Origin: an uncultured Gemmatimonadaceae bacterium
GTDB lineage: Bacteria > Gemmatimonadota > Gemmatimonadetes > Gemmatimonadales > Gemmatimonadaceae
Assembly: GCA_963817955.1 (NCBI GenBank)
Contig: CAWFQK010000004.1
Span: 1,152,001 to 1,216,000, forward strand
Length of the DNA: 64,000 bases
Direction: 5' to 3'
Shown here: positions 19,022 through 29,017 of the stretch, in pieces
Layout: every line of letters begins with the position of its first letter
How positions within the stretch are numbered: position 1 is the stretch's first letter
The notes under the pieces: model-generated
Databases searched by the model: none
What the model was told of the DNA's origin: nothing
Seen by the model: the letters and a program-made list of their open reading frames with translations, nothing else
Made by a program: the position numbers and the translations under genes

Positions 19022-20002
19022 ATGGCCGCGACCACGAGAGCCTTGTTGAGCATCGCATCATTATCCAACGCCGAAATCGCCGCGCAATTGGACGGAGTCG
19101 CCAACCTGCTCGAGGAGCAGCACGCGAGCCCATATCGCGTGCAGGCGTGGCGCGGCGGCGCGGTGAGTGTCCGGCGTCTGTCGCGGCCCGTGCGCGATCT
19201 GTTACGCAACGAGGGACTGGAAGGCCTGGACCGTCTTCCCGGCATTGGACCGGCGCTGGCGCGTGCCGTCCGTGAGCTCGCGGACACGGGTCGCCTCTCG
19301 ACGCTCGAGCGGTTGCGCGGCGAGAGTGATCCCGTGGCGGTGCTCGCCGCGGTGCCCGGCATTGGGCCAACCCGGGCCCAGCGCATTCACGATTGGCTGG
19401 GCGTGGACACGCTCGAGCAGCTCGAGGCGGCGGCACATGACGGGCGGCTGGCGCGCGTCAGTGGGCTCGGCGATAAGCGGTTACGCAGTGTTCGCTCCTG
19501 GCTGGCGGCGCGGCTGCAGGCGCGCCGGCGGCCCGGAGATGACGTATCGCTCCCCACGATCGAGGAATTGCTCGACGTCGATCGCGAATACCGCGAACGG
19601 GGCGGCGTGGACGATTTGCCGAAGATCGCTCCACTCCGCCACAATCCCCAGGGCGAACGCTGGCTCCCCATTCTGCACACGATGCGCGGCACACGGCACT
19701 ACACCGCGCTGTTCTCAAACACGGCTACCGCACACCGGCTGGGCCGCGCACACGATTGGGTCGTGATCTACTTCGATGGTGGCGACGGCGAGCGGCAGTG
19801 CACAGTGGTCACGTCGCTCAAAGGTCCGATCGCCCGCCGACGGGTCGTTCGCGGCCGCGAAGATGAATGCGTTACACACTATCATCGGGCCGCGAACGAG
19901 GCGTTGCTGGGCCGGATGGCTACGCGACGCCGCTGGTCTGTGTGCCCACGCGATCAGCCCCCTTCGCCGACATCGCATTCCGAGGTTCTTCAGTCACGGT
20001 GA
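19022..20002 (+). CDS. Helix-hairpin-helix protein: PolX-like N-terminal domains plus uncharacterised C-terminal domain
   Basis: NAEIA...LLE...PYRVQAWR, LPGIG, VPGIGP and VSGLG; no polymerase DxD motif recognised. Confidence 0.85.
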   Translation: MAATTRALLSIASLSNAEIAAQLDGVANLLEEQHASPYRVQAWRGGAVSVRRLSRPVRDLLRNEGLEGLDRLPGIGPALARAVRELADTGRLSTLERLRGESDPVAVLAAVPGIGPTRAQRIHDWLGVDTLEQLEAAAHDGRLARVSGLGDKRLRSVRSWLAARLQARRRPGDDVSLPTIEELLDVDREYRERGGVDDLPKIAPLRHNPQGERWLPILHTMRGTRHYTALFSNTATAHRLGRAHDWVVIYFDGGDGERQCTVVTSLKGPIARRRVVRGREDECVTHYHRAANEALLGRMATRRRWSVCPRDQPPSPTSHSEVLQSR

Positions 20003-20909
20003 CCGGGCGGCGGAGCAGCACCGGCAGTCCGCTCGCCCGAATGACCTTGTCGGCGACGCTCCCCATGACGAGGCGCGACATACCACGGCCGTGGGTGGAC
20101 ATGGCAATCGCATCCACCTCGTGGGCGTGCGCCGCATCGATGATCGCCTGTGCGATCCGGGGATCCACGACGACCTCGCTCTTCACGTCGGTGACGCCGC
20201 GCTCGGCAAGCGAGCTGACGGCAGCGGCCATTTCCTTCTTCGCCTCCGCCACGAGGGGCCGCGTCGCGGCGTCATCGGGGATGAACGGCGTCGCTGCGTA
20301 CGGCATGCCTACGTCCGTGATGATGAGCGGCACCGGCTGCACCACCCGCAGGAGGAACAGCCGCGCGTCGTTGCAGCGTGCGAGATCGCACGCCGGCCCG
20401 AGCGCACTCGCGGCAAGCGCAGATCCGTCGAGCGGCACCAATACCCGCTTGAACAGCTTGCGCGGCGCGCGGCGCGCACCCTTGGTCTTCGCCGCACGGA
20501 GCATCAGGACGGGAACGGCGGAGCGCCGTATAACCCCGTCCGCCACGCTGCCGATCCAGGCGCGGCTGATGCCCGTTCGACCGTGCGACGTCATCACGAT
20601 GAGGTCCGCGCGCACGTCGTGCGCGCGCGCACAGATCATCTCGACGCACTCGCCACTGACCACCGCGTGCGTGGTCGGGACCGCTGCCCCGGTCTCGATC
20701 TCGACCGCGGTGGATGCGAGGTACTTCTCTTCGTCCTTCCACTGCTCGGCATTCCATGGGCCGTCGTTGAAACCGGCGAACGGGAAGGGCTGATGCACCA
20801 GCGTGACATCAATCGCCGCAGCCGACGCGCGTGCGATGGCCGCCGAAATGCCAATAGCCTCCTCGGCGAGGGCCGAGCCGTCGAGTGGAACGAGTATGCT
20901 CTTGAACAT
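19920..20909 (-). CDS. Tandem-domain universal stress protein
   Basis: Two Usp domains: ILVPLDGS...MTSHGRTG...GSVAD and VLVPLDGS...MSTHGRG...GSVADKV. Confidence 0.95.
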   Translation of the reverse strand: MFKSILVPLDGSALAEEAIGISAAIARASAAAIDVTLVHQPFPFAGFNDGPWNAEQWKDEEKYLASTAVEIETGAAVPTTHAVVSGECVEMICARAHDVRADLIVMTSHGRTGISRAWIGSVADGVIRRSAVPVLMLRAAKTKGARRAPRKLFKRVLVPLDGSALAASALGPACDLARCNDARLFLLRVVQPVPLIITDVGMPYAATPFIPDDAATRPLVAEAKKEMAAAVSSLAERGVTDVKSEVVVDPRIAQAIIDAAHAHEVDAIAMSTHGRGMSRLVMGSVADKVIRASGLPVLLRRPVTVTEEPRNAMSAKGADRVGTQTSGVA

Positions 20910-21065
20910 TGACGTCTCCAGGTGGGAGCTGAACGCTCCGACGATACCTGCCCCCCGCAACCGCCGCAGTCGGCGTTCGCGGCCATTGAGTGCGCATTCG
21001 CCTGTGGTGATCGTGGGCGAAGCGCTGACCTTCTCCGCACCATTCACGATGAGGATCACGCAATC

Positions 21066-21488
21066 ATGATCAGCAACCACCCCTCCGGAGGTCTGGGAAA
21101 CGGCGCCGCCACGCCCGCCGAGGAACAGCGCGTCATTGCCGAGGAGGAACGAACGTCAGGCGAACGGGAGCGCCGCCACGAGGAGGATTCTCGGCGGATG
21201 GCAGAGGAGCACCGCGCCGAAATCGAAGCACGGCGCGTCGAAGCGGAGAAGATCCGGAAAACGGCGGAATCGGCACGCGCGGTCGCCGAGGAAGCACGCC
21301 AGACCGCGGAGGAAGCACGGGACATCGCGGAGAACTCGCGAAAGCAGGCCGAGGCGGCGCGCAAGGAGTTACAGGCGCTCGAACGCGATCAGCATGAACA
21401 GCGGGAAGTCGTGCGCGAGATGCAGCAGACGCTGCAAACGCTGGAGGATAGCCAGGCGGAGCGCGGCGGGAAGAAGCCACGGGGCTAG
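21066..21488 (+). CDS. Charged coiled-coil hypothetical protein
   Basis: GAGGA RBS; E/R/A-rich heptads (AEEARQT AEEARDI AENSRKQ). Confidence 0.65.
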   Translation: MISNHPSGGLGNGAATPAEEQRVIAEEERTSGERERRHEEDSRRMAEEHRAEIEARRVEAEKIRKTAESARAVAEEARQTAEEARDIAENSRKQAEAARKELQALERDQHEQREVVREMQQTLQTLEDSQAERGGKKPRG

Positions 21489-21507
21489 CTGGAAGGCAGA
21501 CGGGCGT

Positions 21508-24351
21508 TTACGTCGGATCGCGCAGTCGCGACACAGCCGCCGCCTCCAAACGCGGCTCGCCGCAATGCTCGGCGATGGCGGCCGTCGCCCGATTCCGCAG
21601 ATCGACCGCTCCCTTCCAGCCTGATTCCGTGGCGCGAAGCGGCTCGCCGATCCAGACGTGCACGATCCCCGGATGCGGAATGTGCGTGTCGGCCGGCAAC
21701 ACTTGTCGCGAGCCGCTCAGCGCGATCGGGATGACGCTCGCGCCCACGGAGACGGCGGTCTCGAAAGCGCCGAGCCGGAACGGCCGCAATCCACGCACGC
21801 CGGAGAATCCGCCTTCCGCAAAGAACGAGCTGCGCCTCCCCGCCGCGGAGTCGCTGCTCGATCGACTGCGCGTCAGCGACGCTCTGCTCAACGTGCCAAC
21901 GATCGACGGTAATGTGCCGGCCACGCCTCGCGATCGCGCCGATCACGCGCCAGGAGAGAATCTCGGTCATCGCCACGAACACGAAGTCCATGGGCAGCGT
22001 GGTGAGGAGGACCGGCGTGTCCGCATACGACGTGTGGTTCGTCACCAGCACCACCGGGCCGCGCGGCGGCAGGTGCTCCGCGCCCTCGCGCTCCACGCGA
22101 CAGCCGCTGATCGCTAGCGCAATACGCGCCATGAGCCGGCACAACCAACGCACGGGCTGCCCCTCCGGCACGGCGTATATGAGCACGAGAAACAGCGGCC
22201 CGAGCAGCAGCGAGCGCCAGGCTCCAGACGGCAATGAGATAGGTCGCCTGCAGCACGCGCCCCACCCGCCGTGCCACCCGGCGCGCCGTCTGCGCGACCG
22301 CTCCCAGCGCTAGGCCGAGGCGGAGTTTGAACGGTACGAGGCGTCGGCCGCTGATGCGTCCCGCCTCATACGCTTCGCGCGCCGCCGCGCGCCGGATCTT
22401 ACCGCTCGGCGTCTTGGGCACCACGCCCGGCGGCACGATGCATACGACGTCGGGCGGCAGCCCGACCTGGCTCGCGACACGCGCGATCGCCTCGTGCTCC
22501 AGCCGGTCGCGCTCGTCGCTCGACGTGGTGTGCGACTCGGCGAGCACGATCAGACGCTCGGTTCCGCTCGTTTCGTCGGCGATGCCGAACGCTGCCACGC
22601 ATCCCTTGCGAATGCCGTCGATTCCGCCGACCACGTCCTCGATCTCCTGCGGCACCAGGTTGCGGCCGCCCTTGATGATGAGATCCTTCACACGCCCGGT
22701 GATGTAGAGCTCGCCCTCTCCGTCAGATCGCACATCGATACGCCAGGTCGCCGCTGTCGATCCAGCCATCAGGCGACATGACGCGCGCAGTGGCCGCCGG
22801 ATTCCGATAGTAGCCGGCCATGCACGACGGGCCGCGGAACAGCAGCCGGCCGACCACGCGTTCGGCCACGTCGTGTCCGCCGTCATCGATCAACCGCACC
22901 TCATGCTCGGGGAGTGGACGTCCGACGGAAACGAAATGCAGGGGGGCGATGCTGTCGTTCGTCGCCGGCAGCGCGCGCCCGTCGAGAGCGAACGGCTCAC
23001 GCTCGACCGAATCGATGCGCGGCGCGCGTCCCACCGGCGGGAGCGAAAGTGCCACCGCGCACTCGGCGAGTCCGTAGACTGGAAACATCGCTTCGCGGCG
23101 AAAACCGTAGCGCTCGAACCGACGAGTGAACCGATCGATCGTTGCCGCACTCACCGGTTCCGATCCGTTCGACGCCAATCGCCACGACGAAAGATCCAGC
23201 CCCGTCAGCGACTCGTCGCGGATCTTCCGCACGCACAACTCGTAGGCGAAGTTCGGCGCGGGGGAGAGCGTGGCGCGCTGTTGATGGATGGCCCACAGCC
23301 AGCGCTCCGGCCGGGCGAGAAAAGTGAGCGGCGACATGAGCGTGAGCGGAAGGCCGTGCACCATGACGTTGAGCCAGGTGCCAATAAGCCCCATGTCATG
23401 ATAGAGCGGCAACCAACTCACGGCGGCGTCGGTGGGGACCATCTCCACGCCCGCCGCAATCGCGCGAATGTTGGCTAGCAGATTGTCATTCGATAACAGC
23501 ACCCCTTTCGGGTCGCCCGTGCTGCCGGACGTGTACTGGATGAGCACAGGGTCCGCGCCCTGGCCTACGGACGGCGAAATCGGATCGGCGCTGGTCCGCA
23601 GCGCGTCGGCCGTGACCACGGTGTGGAGCGCTGGTGCCTCGTGCCGGAGCAATCGTGCCACGCCCGTTGCCTCGGGCATGGCGATGAGCACGCCAGACTC
23701 GGCGTTGGCGAGAATGCCCGCCTGACGCTGGAGGTATTCGCCGATGCGATCGAGACGGGCCGGCGGATACAGCGGCACGGCAATGCCGCCCGCGGCGAGC
23801 ACACCCATGAAGGACTGAAGGAAGTCGAGCCCCGTGGGCAGCATGATCGCGACCGTTTCGCCGCGCTTGACGCCGCGTGCCGACAGCGCCGCGCCAATTC
23901 TCATGGCACCATCCCAGAGCTCGGCGTAGGTCACTCGCTGAGCGCCGGCCTCGCCATACAGGAATACGTGGACGCGCGCCGGCTCGGCCGTCGCGCGGGT
24001 ACGGAGTGCCTCGACGAGTGTTGGGAGGTCGCCCGTCTGAAGCGCGGCAGCGGGAGCGGGAGTCGGCGCCGCAACGCCGGGGCCGGCCCCGCGCAGCGGC
24101 GGAGCGTGTGGAAGCGCGCGCGCGATGTCGCGCGCCGTCTCGAGCAGGAGAAAGCTGTCGGCGAGCTCGCGCTGCAACGCCGCCTCCAGGCGCATCAGGA
24201 GCTCGACACGTTCCAGGCTACCCAGTCCGATGTCCCGTTCGAGCGACGCGGTAGGCGTCACGGCGTTCGCGGCGCGATCGCCGCCGAGTTCGCGCGCCAG
24301 ATCGCGAACGACGGCGACGACCTGCTCCTCGACCGTACCGTCAGACATCAA
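21508..24351 (-). pseudogene. ACP - fatty acyl-AMP ligase - PlsC acyltransferase fusion, broken by three frameshifts (pseudogene or sequencing errors)
   Basis: ACP GLGSLERVEL; QYTSGSTGDPKG, WLPLYHDMGLIG, YGLAE and GDLAY in one frame; GELYITGRVKD...PKTPSGK in the next; NHTSYAD in a third; FFAEG...FRLGAF in a fourth. Confidence 0.85.
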
Positions 24352-24390
24352 TCATGACCTCGTCGTCGTCAGCGGAGGGGTCTGAACGAG

Positions 24391-25005
24391 CTAGTCGCCC
24401 CGGCCGAAGTCCTTGTCGTGGTTGAAGACGTACGTCCGCACGGCGAGCTTATGGTCTGCCGCGGCCCTGGCAATGTCCAGGGCGCTGACGAGCCCAACGA
24501 GACTGTCGCCATCGGTGACGAGCACGCGATGGATGCCTTTGCGGTTCATCAACTCGGCGGCGGCGGCGGTATCGGCGTTGGCCGATAGGGTGCTCAACGG
24601 TGCGCGCGTCATGACCTCGCTCACGTCGTGCTCCTCGAGGGCGTTCCACTCGGGGCCATCCACGCTCGTCATGCGCTCCGCGACATCCGCACCGACATCG
24701 TCCCACATGTCCGAGAAGTACGCGCTCGCCGGCTCGCGTTCATCTTCCACATCCTCTTCGACCGATGCATCACCCCAGACGTCCGAGTCATCGCGGTAGG
24801 GATCTCGCTGCGTCGGCACGCCAGACAGCGCGCTGGCGAATGTCATGAGGTCATTGCCCGTGACGACGCCAATCAGCCGTCCACCGCTCACAACGGGGGC
24901 GCCACTCACGTGGTTTCGACCCAACAGTTCCATCGCTTCACGCACCGATGTTTCCGGAGAGACGGTGAGGACATCGGTCGACATGATCTCGCGCAGCCGC
25001 AACAT
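24391..25005 (-). CDS. CBS domain protein with acidic inter-domain insert
   Basis: LREIMSTDV...SGAPVV...GVVT; VSEVMT...IHRVLV...GLVSALDI. Confidence 0.9.
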   Translation of the reverse strand: MLRLREIMSTDVLTVSPETSVREAMELLGRNHVSGAPVVSGGRLIGVVTGNDLMTFASALSGVPTQRDPYRDDSDVWGDASVEEDVEDEREPASAYFSDMWDDVGADVAERMTSVDGPEWNALEEHDVSEVMTRAPLSTLSANADTAAAAELMNRKGIHRVLVTDGDSLVGLVSALDIARAAADHKLAVRTYVFNHDKDFGRGD

Positions 25006-25077
25006 GATCCACCTCCTGGTGACTGGAAGGTGTGTGGCAGCCGATCTTCCGAGCGTCGGTATATGCCCCCGGCGCGA

Positions 25078-26172
25078 TCAGGCTTTGCCCGCCCCCAGTG
25101 CGCCTTCGATCATGACAAACTCGGCGACGTTGTCAGACGTGACCACGCCCGCCAAGTGTCCATCCGCGAGCACCGGCAACGTGTGACAGTGACATTCGCG
25201 CAAGCGTGCCAACGCCCGCGCCACGGGTTCGTGCGGCGTCGCGGTACTAAAGGACTCATCCATGGCGTCGGCGACGCGCGAATCTCGTCCCAGTCGCGCC
25301 AGGCCGGCGAGCAGGGCTCCGCGCGTCAACACGCCAATCACGTGGCCCTCGACGACCACGGGGAAGTCGTGCTGGAATCCGGCGAGCACGTGATGCAGCG
25401 CCACGTCAAGCGTGTCGGTGGGCTCGAGCGTTTCCACATCTCGAATCATTACGCGATCCACCGTCACGCCGGACAGAAAGGAGCGTTCCTGCAGGCCGGT
25501 GGACTCCGCGGCTGCGCCCAGCCACACGAACAATGCGATCACGACGAGAAATGGGTTGTAGAACAACCCGACGATCCCGAACAGCAGCGCAAAGGCGCGT
25601 CCGACGCGAGCCGCCGCCTCGGTGGCGCGCAGATACGTAGTGCGCAACGCGAGCGCGGCGCGCAATACTCGGCCGCCATCCATGGGGAATGCGGGCAGCA
25701 GATTGAACACGAGCAGCGAGATGTTCACCCACATGAGCTGGGCGGGCAGCGCGCGGCCCCCGCCATGTTGGAGCGTCTCGTTGGTGAGCGTCGCCGGCAA
25801 GCCGAGCAGACCTACCACGATGTAGAGGATCAGGATGATGCCGAGCGTGACGGCCGGCCCCGCTAGCGCGATGGCCAGTTCCTGCTTCGGCTTTTCCGGA
25901 ATGAACTCCAGTCGTGCGACGCCACCAATGGGGAGGAGTGTGATGTCGCGTGTCGGTACGCCAAACCGCCGGGCCGTGAGCGCGTGCCCGAACTCGTGCA
26001 GCACGACGGACGCGAACAACGCGATCGTGAAGATCAGCCCCTGTGCCGCGCCCGCGACGGTGCCGGTCTGACGATAGGACACGAGTGCCAGCCACGCGAG
26101 CAGGATGACGAACGTCGCGTGAATTCGCAGATCGATGCCGCCGATCTTGGCCACCTTCCACGACCACTTCAT
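25078..26172 (-). CDS. Site-2 protease (M50) with CBS pair, Rip3-like
   Basis: HEFGH, LLPIGG, AGP and FNLLPAFPMDGGR motifs; C-terminal CBS domains. Confidence 0.95.
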   Translation of the reverse strand: MKWSWKVAKIGGIDLRIHATFVILLAWLALVSYRQTGTVAGAAQGLIFTIALFASVVLHEFGHALTARRFGVPTRDITLLPIGGVARLEFIPEKPKQELAIALAGPAVTLGIILILYIVVGLLGLPATLTNETLQHGGGRALPAQLMWVNISLLVFNLLPAFPMDGGRVLRAALALRTTYLRATEAAARVGRAFALLFGIVGLFYNPFLVVIALFVWLGAAAESTGLQERSFLSGVTVDRVMIRDVETLEPTDTLDVALHHVLAGFQHDFPVVVEGHVIGVLTRGALLAGLARLGRDSRVADAMDESFSTATPHEPVARALARLRECHCHTLPVLADGHLAGVVTSDNVAEFVMIEGALGAGKA

Positions 26173-26202
26173 CGATCCTCCCCGAGATGGATGGATGAAC
26201 GT

Positions 26203-26910
26203 TCAGCTGACGGGAACCGCCTCTTCCCCGTCCCCCTCGACCAACTGTGCTGATGCAGACGCCGAGAGTCCAACCGTCGCCCGCGCGAGTATCCTCTGCA
26301 CTTCTGAGTCCAGCACCTGCGGAAAGCTGTCGTACCAGATTCCGATCGCGTAGAGGTCGCCCGGGGTAACGACGCAGACGAGCTCGTCCCCTTCGCGACG
26401 GAGCTCGGCGACCACTGACAGTTGCGCGACTGGAACAGCGAGCACCAGCCTCGCCGGCTGCTGGGCGCGGACGACGGCAATGGCGGCCCGCACGGTGGCG
26501 CCGGTCGCGATCCCATCGTCAACCAACACGACCGTTCGCCCGTGGAGCACCGGAGCAGGGCGGGTGTTGCGATAGAGACGCTCGCGGCGGTCGAGCTCCA
26601 GCCGCTGGAGCGCGGTCGCCTCCTCGAGCAAATCGCTCGTGACACCGCTTGCCATGATGATGTCGTTGTTCAGGACGCGCACCTTCCCCGCGCCAATCGC
26701 ACCCATCGCAAGCTCCTCGTGCCAGGGAACCCCGAGCTTGCGCACGTTGAGGACGTCGAGCGGTGCGCCAAGCGCGTGCGCCACCTCATACGCCACCGGC
26801 AGCCCACCGCGCGGAAGGCCGAGCACGATGACATTCTCATCTTTCAAATGGCCGAGCAACGCGGCCAGCTTGCGGCCTGCGTCTGCTCGGTCGATGAACC
26901 GCTTGGGCAT
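26203..26910 (-). CDS. Putative phosphoribosyltransferase
   Basis: F.DR.DAG, LGLPRGG, VRKLGVP.HEELAMGA and VLVDDGIATG. Confidence 0.92.
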   Translation of the reverse strand: MPKRFIDRADAGRKLAALLGHLKDENVIVLGLPRGGLPVAYEVAHALGAPLDVLNVRKLGVPWHEELAMGAIGAGKVRVLNNDIIMASGVTSDLLEEATALQRLELDRRERLYRNTRPAPVLHGRTVVLVDDGIATGATVRAAIAVVRAQQPARLVLAVPVAQLSVVAELRREGDELVCVVTPGDLYAIGIWYDSFPQVLDSEVQRILARATVGLSASASAQLVEGDGEEAVPVS

Positions 26911-27067
26911 GGTCCCCCCCTTGCCTGTGTGGTCAGGTACACCATGCGGCCCGTGCCTGCGTGCGCGCGTCGGGAGAAGCCTGAACTCGCAACGCCGGAC
27001 CCCGACGCCAGAATAATGACAGGCGCGTATCGTGGGTCGCTGGCAAACCACAACCACGAGGCACCAC

Positions 27068-27523
27068 ATGAAAGCGCGAGACATCATGACCTCCAATCCA
27101 CTCGCCGTCACGCCCGGCGAACCGATCTCCCGGGCGGCCGAGCTCATGCGCGACGTCGACGTCGGGCTCATTCCCGTCGTGGACGATACCAAATCGATGC
27201 GTCTGGTCGGCGTCATCACCGACCGCGACATCTCCGTACGCTGCGTGGCAAAGCAGCACAGCCCGTCCTGTGTGATCCGCGACCACATGACGAAGGGGCC
27301 AATCGACACGGTGCGGCCGGATGACGACGTCGAGACCGCCCTCTCGCTCATGAAACGCGATCAGGTGCGGCGGATCCCCGTCGTGTCAGAGGACAACCAT
27401 CTCGTGGGGATCATCGCACAGGCGGACCTGGCGACCACGCTCGGGCCGACGCAGCCACAGCAGGTTCAGCAGGTGCTGGAGCAGGTCTCGCAGCCACGCG
27501 AAACGATCACGCCAATACCATGA
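27068..27523 (+). CDS. CBS domain protein (Hrp1-like)
   Basis: MKARDIMT, VGLIPVV, GVITDRDI, QVRRIPVV and GIIAQADL. Confidence 0.92.
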   Translation: MKARDIMTSNPLAVTPGEPISRAAELMRDVDVGLIPVVDDTKSMRLVGVITDRDISVRCVAKQHSPSCVIRDHMTKGPIDTVRPDDDVETALSLMKRDQVRRIPVVSEDNHLVGIIAQADLATTLGPTQPQQVQQVLEQVSQPRETITPIP

Positions 27524-27554
27524 CGCGCCGCATGCGGGACACCCCGGCGACTGC

Positions 27555-28262
27555 TTGCTGAACAGGAACGCGCTCGAAGTCGAGCATCTGTTCGTTCGGC
27601 TCGGCGGCACCGACATCATTCGCGATCTGTCATTCGCGGTGCCGGCGGGCACGTCCCTGGCCGTGATCGGGCCAAACGGCTCGGGCAAGACCGTGCTCGT
27701 TCGTGCGCTCATTGGCTCGCTGCCCTCGTCGGGGATCATCCGATGGGCGCCGGGGACGCGTCTTGGCTACGTCCCGCAGAAGCTCGATCTCGAGCGCGAT
27801 CTTCCGGTCACTGGGCGGGACCTGTTGGAGGCCCGCGCGCGCCTGGCGTCGGCGTCACTGTCGTGCGTCGCGCCGGCGCTGGCGCGCGTGGGACTGCTGC
27901 CCGTAGTGCTCGAGAAGCCGCTGGGGACGTTGTCGGGCGGACAATTTCAACGTTTACTCATGGCGTTCGCGCTGCTGGCGGATCCCACGGTCTTGCTGCT
28001 CGACGAGCCGACGACCGGCGTCGACGAGCCGGGACAGGAGCGTCTGAACGATACGATCCGGCGGTTGCAGGCCGATGGGGTCACCGCGCTCATGATCTCG
28101 CACGATCTGAGCGTGGTGTTTCGATTCGCGACCAACGTCCTCTGCCTGGCACGCGAGCACACTTGTTTCGGCATCCCACGTCAGATCCTCACGCCGGAGG
28201 TGCTCGCCGAGGTGTACGGCGATCCCGTAGGAGTGTTCGTGCATGACGGCCCTTCCCGCTAG
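27555..28262 (+). CDS. Metal (Zn/Mn) ABC transporter ATP-binding protein, ZnuC-like
   Basis: GPNGSGKT, GYVPQK, LSGGQFQR, LLLDEPT and SHDL. Confidence 0.9.
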   Translation: MLNRNALEVEHLFVRLGGTDIIRDLSFAVPAGTSLAVIGPNGSGKTVLVRALIGSLPSSGIIRWAPGTRLGYVPQKLDLERDLPVTGRDLLEARARLASASLSCVAPALARVGLLPVVLEKPLGTLSGGQFQRLLMAFALLADPTVLLLDEPTTGVDEPGQERLNDTIRRLQADGVTALMISHDLSVVFRFATNVLCLAREHTCFGIPRQILTPEVLAEVYGDPVGVFVHDGPSR

Positions 28263-29016
28263 TGCGGTCGCGCTCTCGGCATCGATGGCCGTGGCCGCCG
28301 GTCTCATCGGGGCGTTCGGGTTGATGCGGCGTATGACGCTCGCGGCGGACGCGCTGTCGCACGTGGCCCTGCCGGGCATCGGGGTCGCCCTGCTGCTCCG
28401 TCTGGATCCGCTCGTTGGCGCGCTCGTCGCACTCGTCGCCGGTGCGCTGCTCATCTGGACCCTCGAGCGCCGAACGCGCCTCGCCACCGAAACGGTCATC
28501 GGTGTCGTGTTTTCAACCGCCCTGGCGCTCGGCGCGATGCTCTCCACGGGCGAGGAATTGATGGACGCCCTGTTCGGCGCACCGGGCACGTTATCGAGCG
28601 CCGAACTGTTCGCCGGCCTGGGCGGCGCGGCCATGGTCGTCCTCTTCGTGCTGCTCGCCCGCGACCGGTTGATCGTGCTCTTTCTCTCGTCGGACATCGC
28701 GCGGACCACCGGCATAAAGGTCAATCGCCTCAACCTGCTCTACCTGTTGGCGTTCGCGCTGACGGTGGCACTTGGGCTGCGCTTCCTGGGCGCGCTGCTC
28801 ATGGGATCGTTGATGATCATTCCGCCAGCCACTGCTCGGCGGCTGGCGCGCAACCTCACGGGTATGCTGGCTTGGTCGGTCGCCGTCGCCGTCCTCTCCA
28901 CCATTACTGGTGCGTGGCTGGCAGCGCGAGGCGGTCGGCAGCCGGGGCCGATGATCGTCTCCGTCGCGGCAGTGTGCTTCTTCTTGAGCCTGGCGGGTGG
29001 GCGAAGGGCTGCGTGA
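28243..29016 (+). CDS. Metal ABC transporter permease (ABC-3), ZnuB-like
   Basis: RRMTLAADALSHVALPG, LFG and GALL...IIPPATAR. Confidence 0.9.
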   Translation: MTALPASAVALSASMAVAAGLIGAFGLMRRMTLAADALSHVALPGIGVALLLRLDPLVGALVALVAGALLIWTLERRTRLATETVIGVVFSTALALGAMLSTGEELMDALFGAPGTLSSAELFAGLGGAAMVVLFVLLARDRLIVLFLSSDIARTTGIKVNRLNLLYLLAFALTVALGLRFLGALLMGSLMIIPPATARRLARNLTGMLAWSVAVAVLSTITGAWLAARGGRQPGPMIVSVAAVCFFLSLAGGRRAA

Positions 29017-29017
29017 T

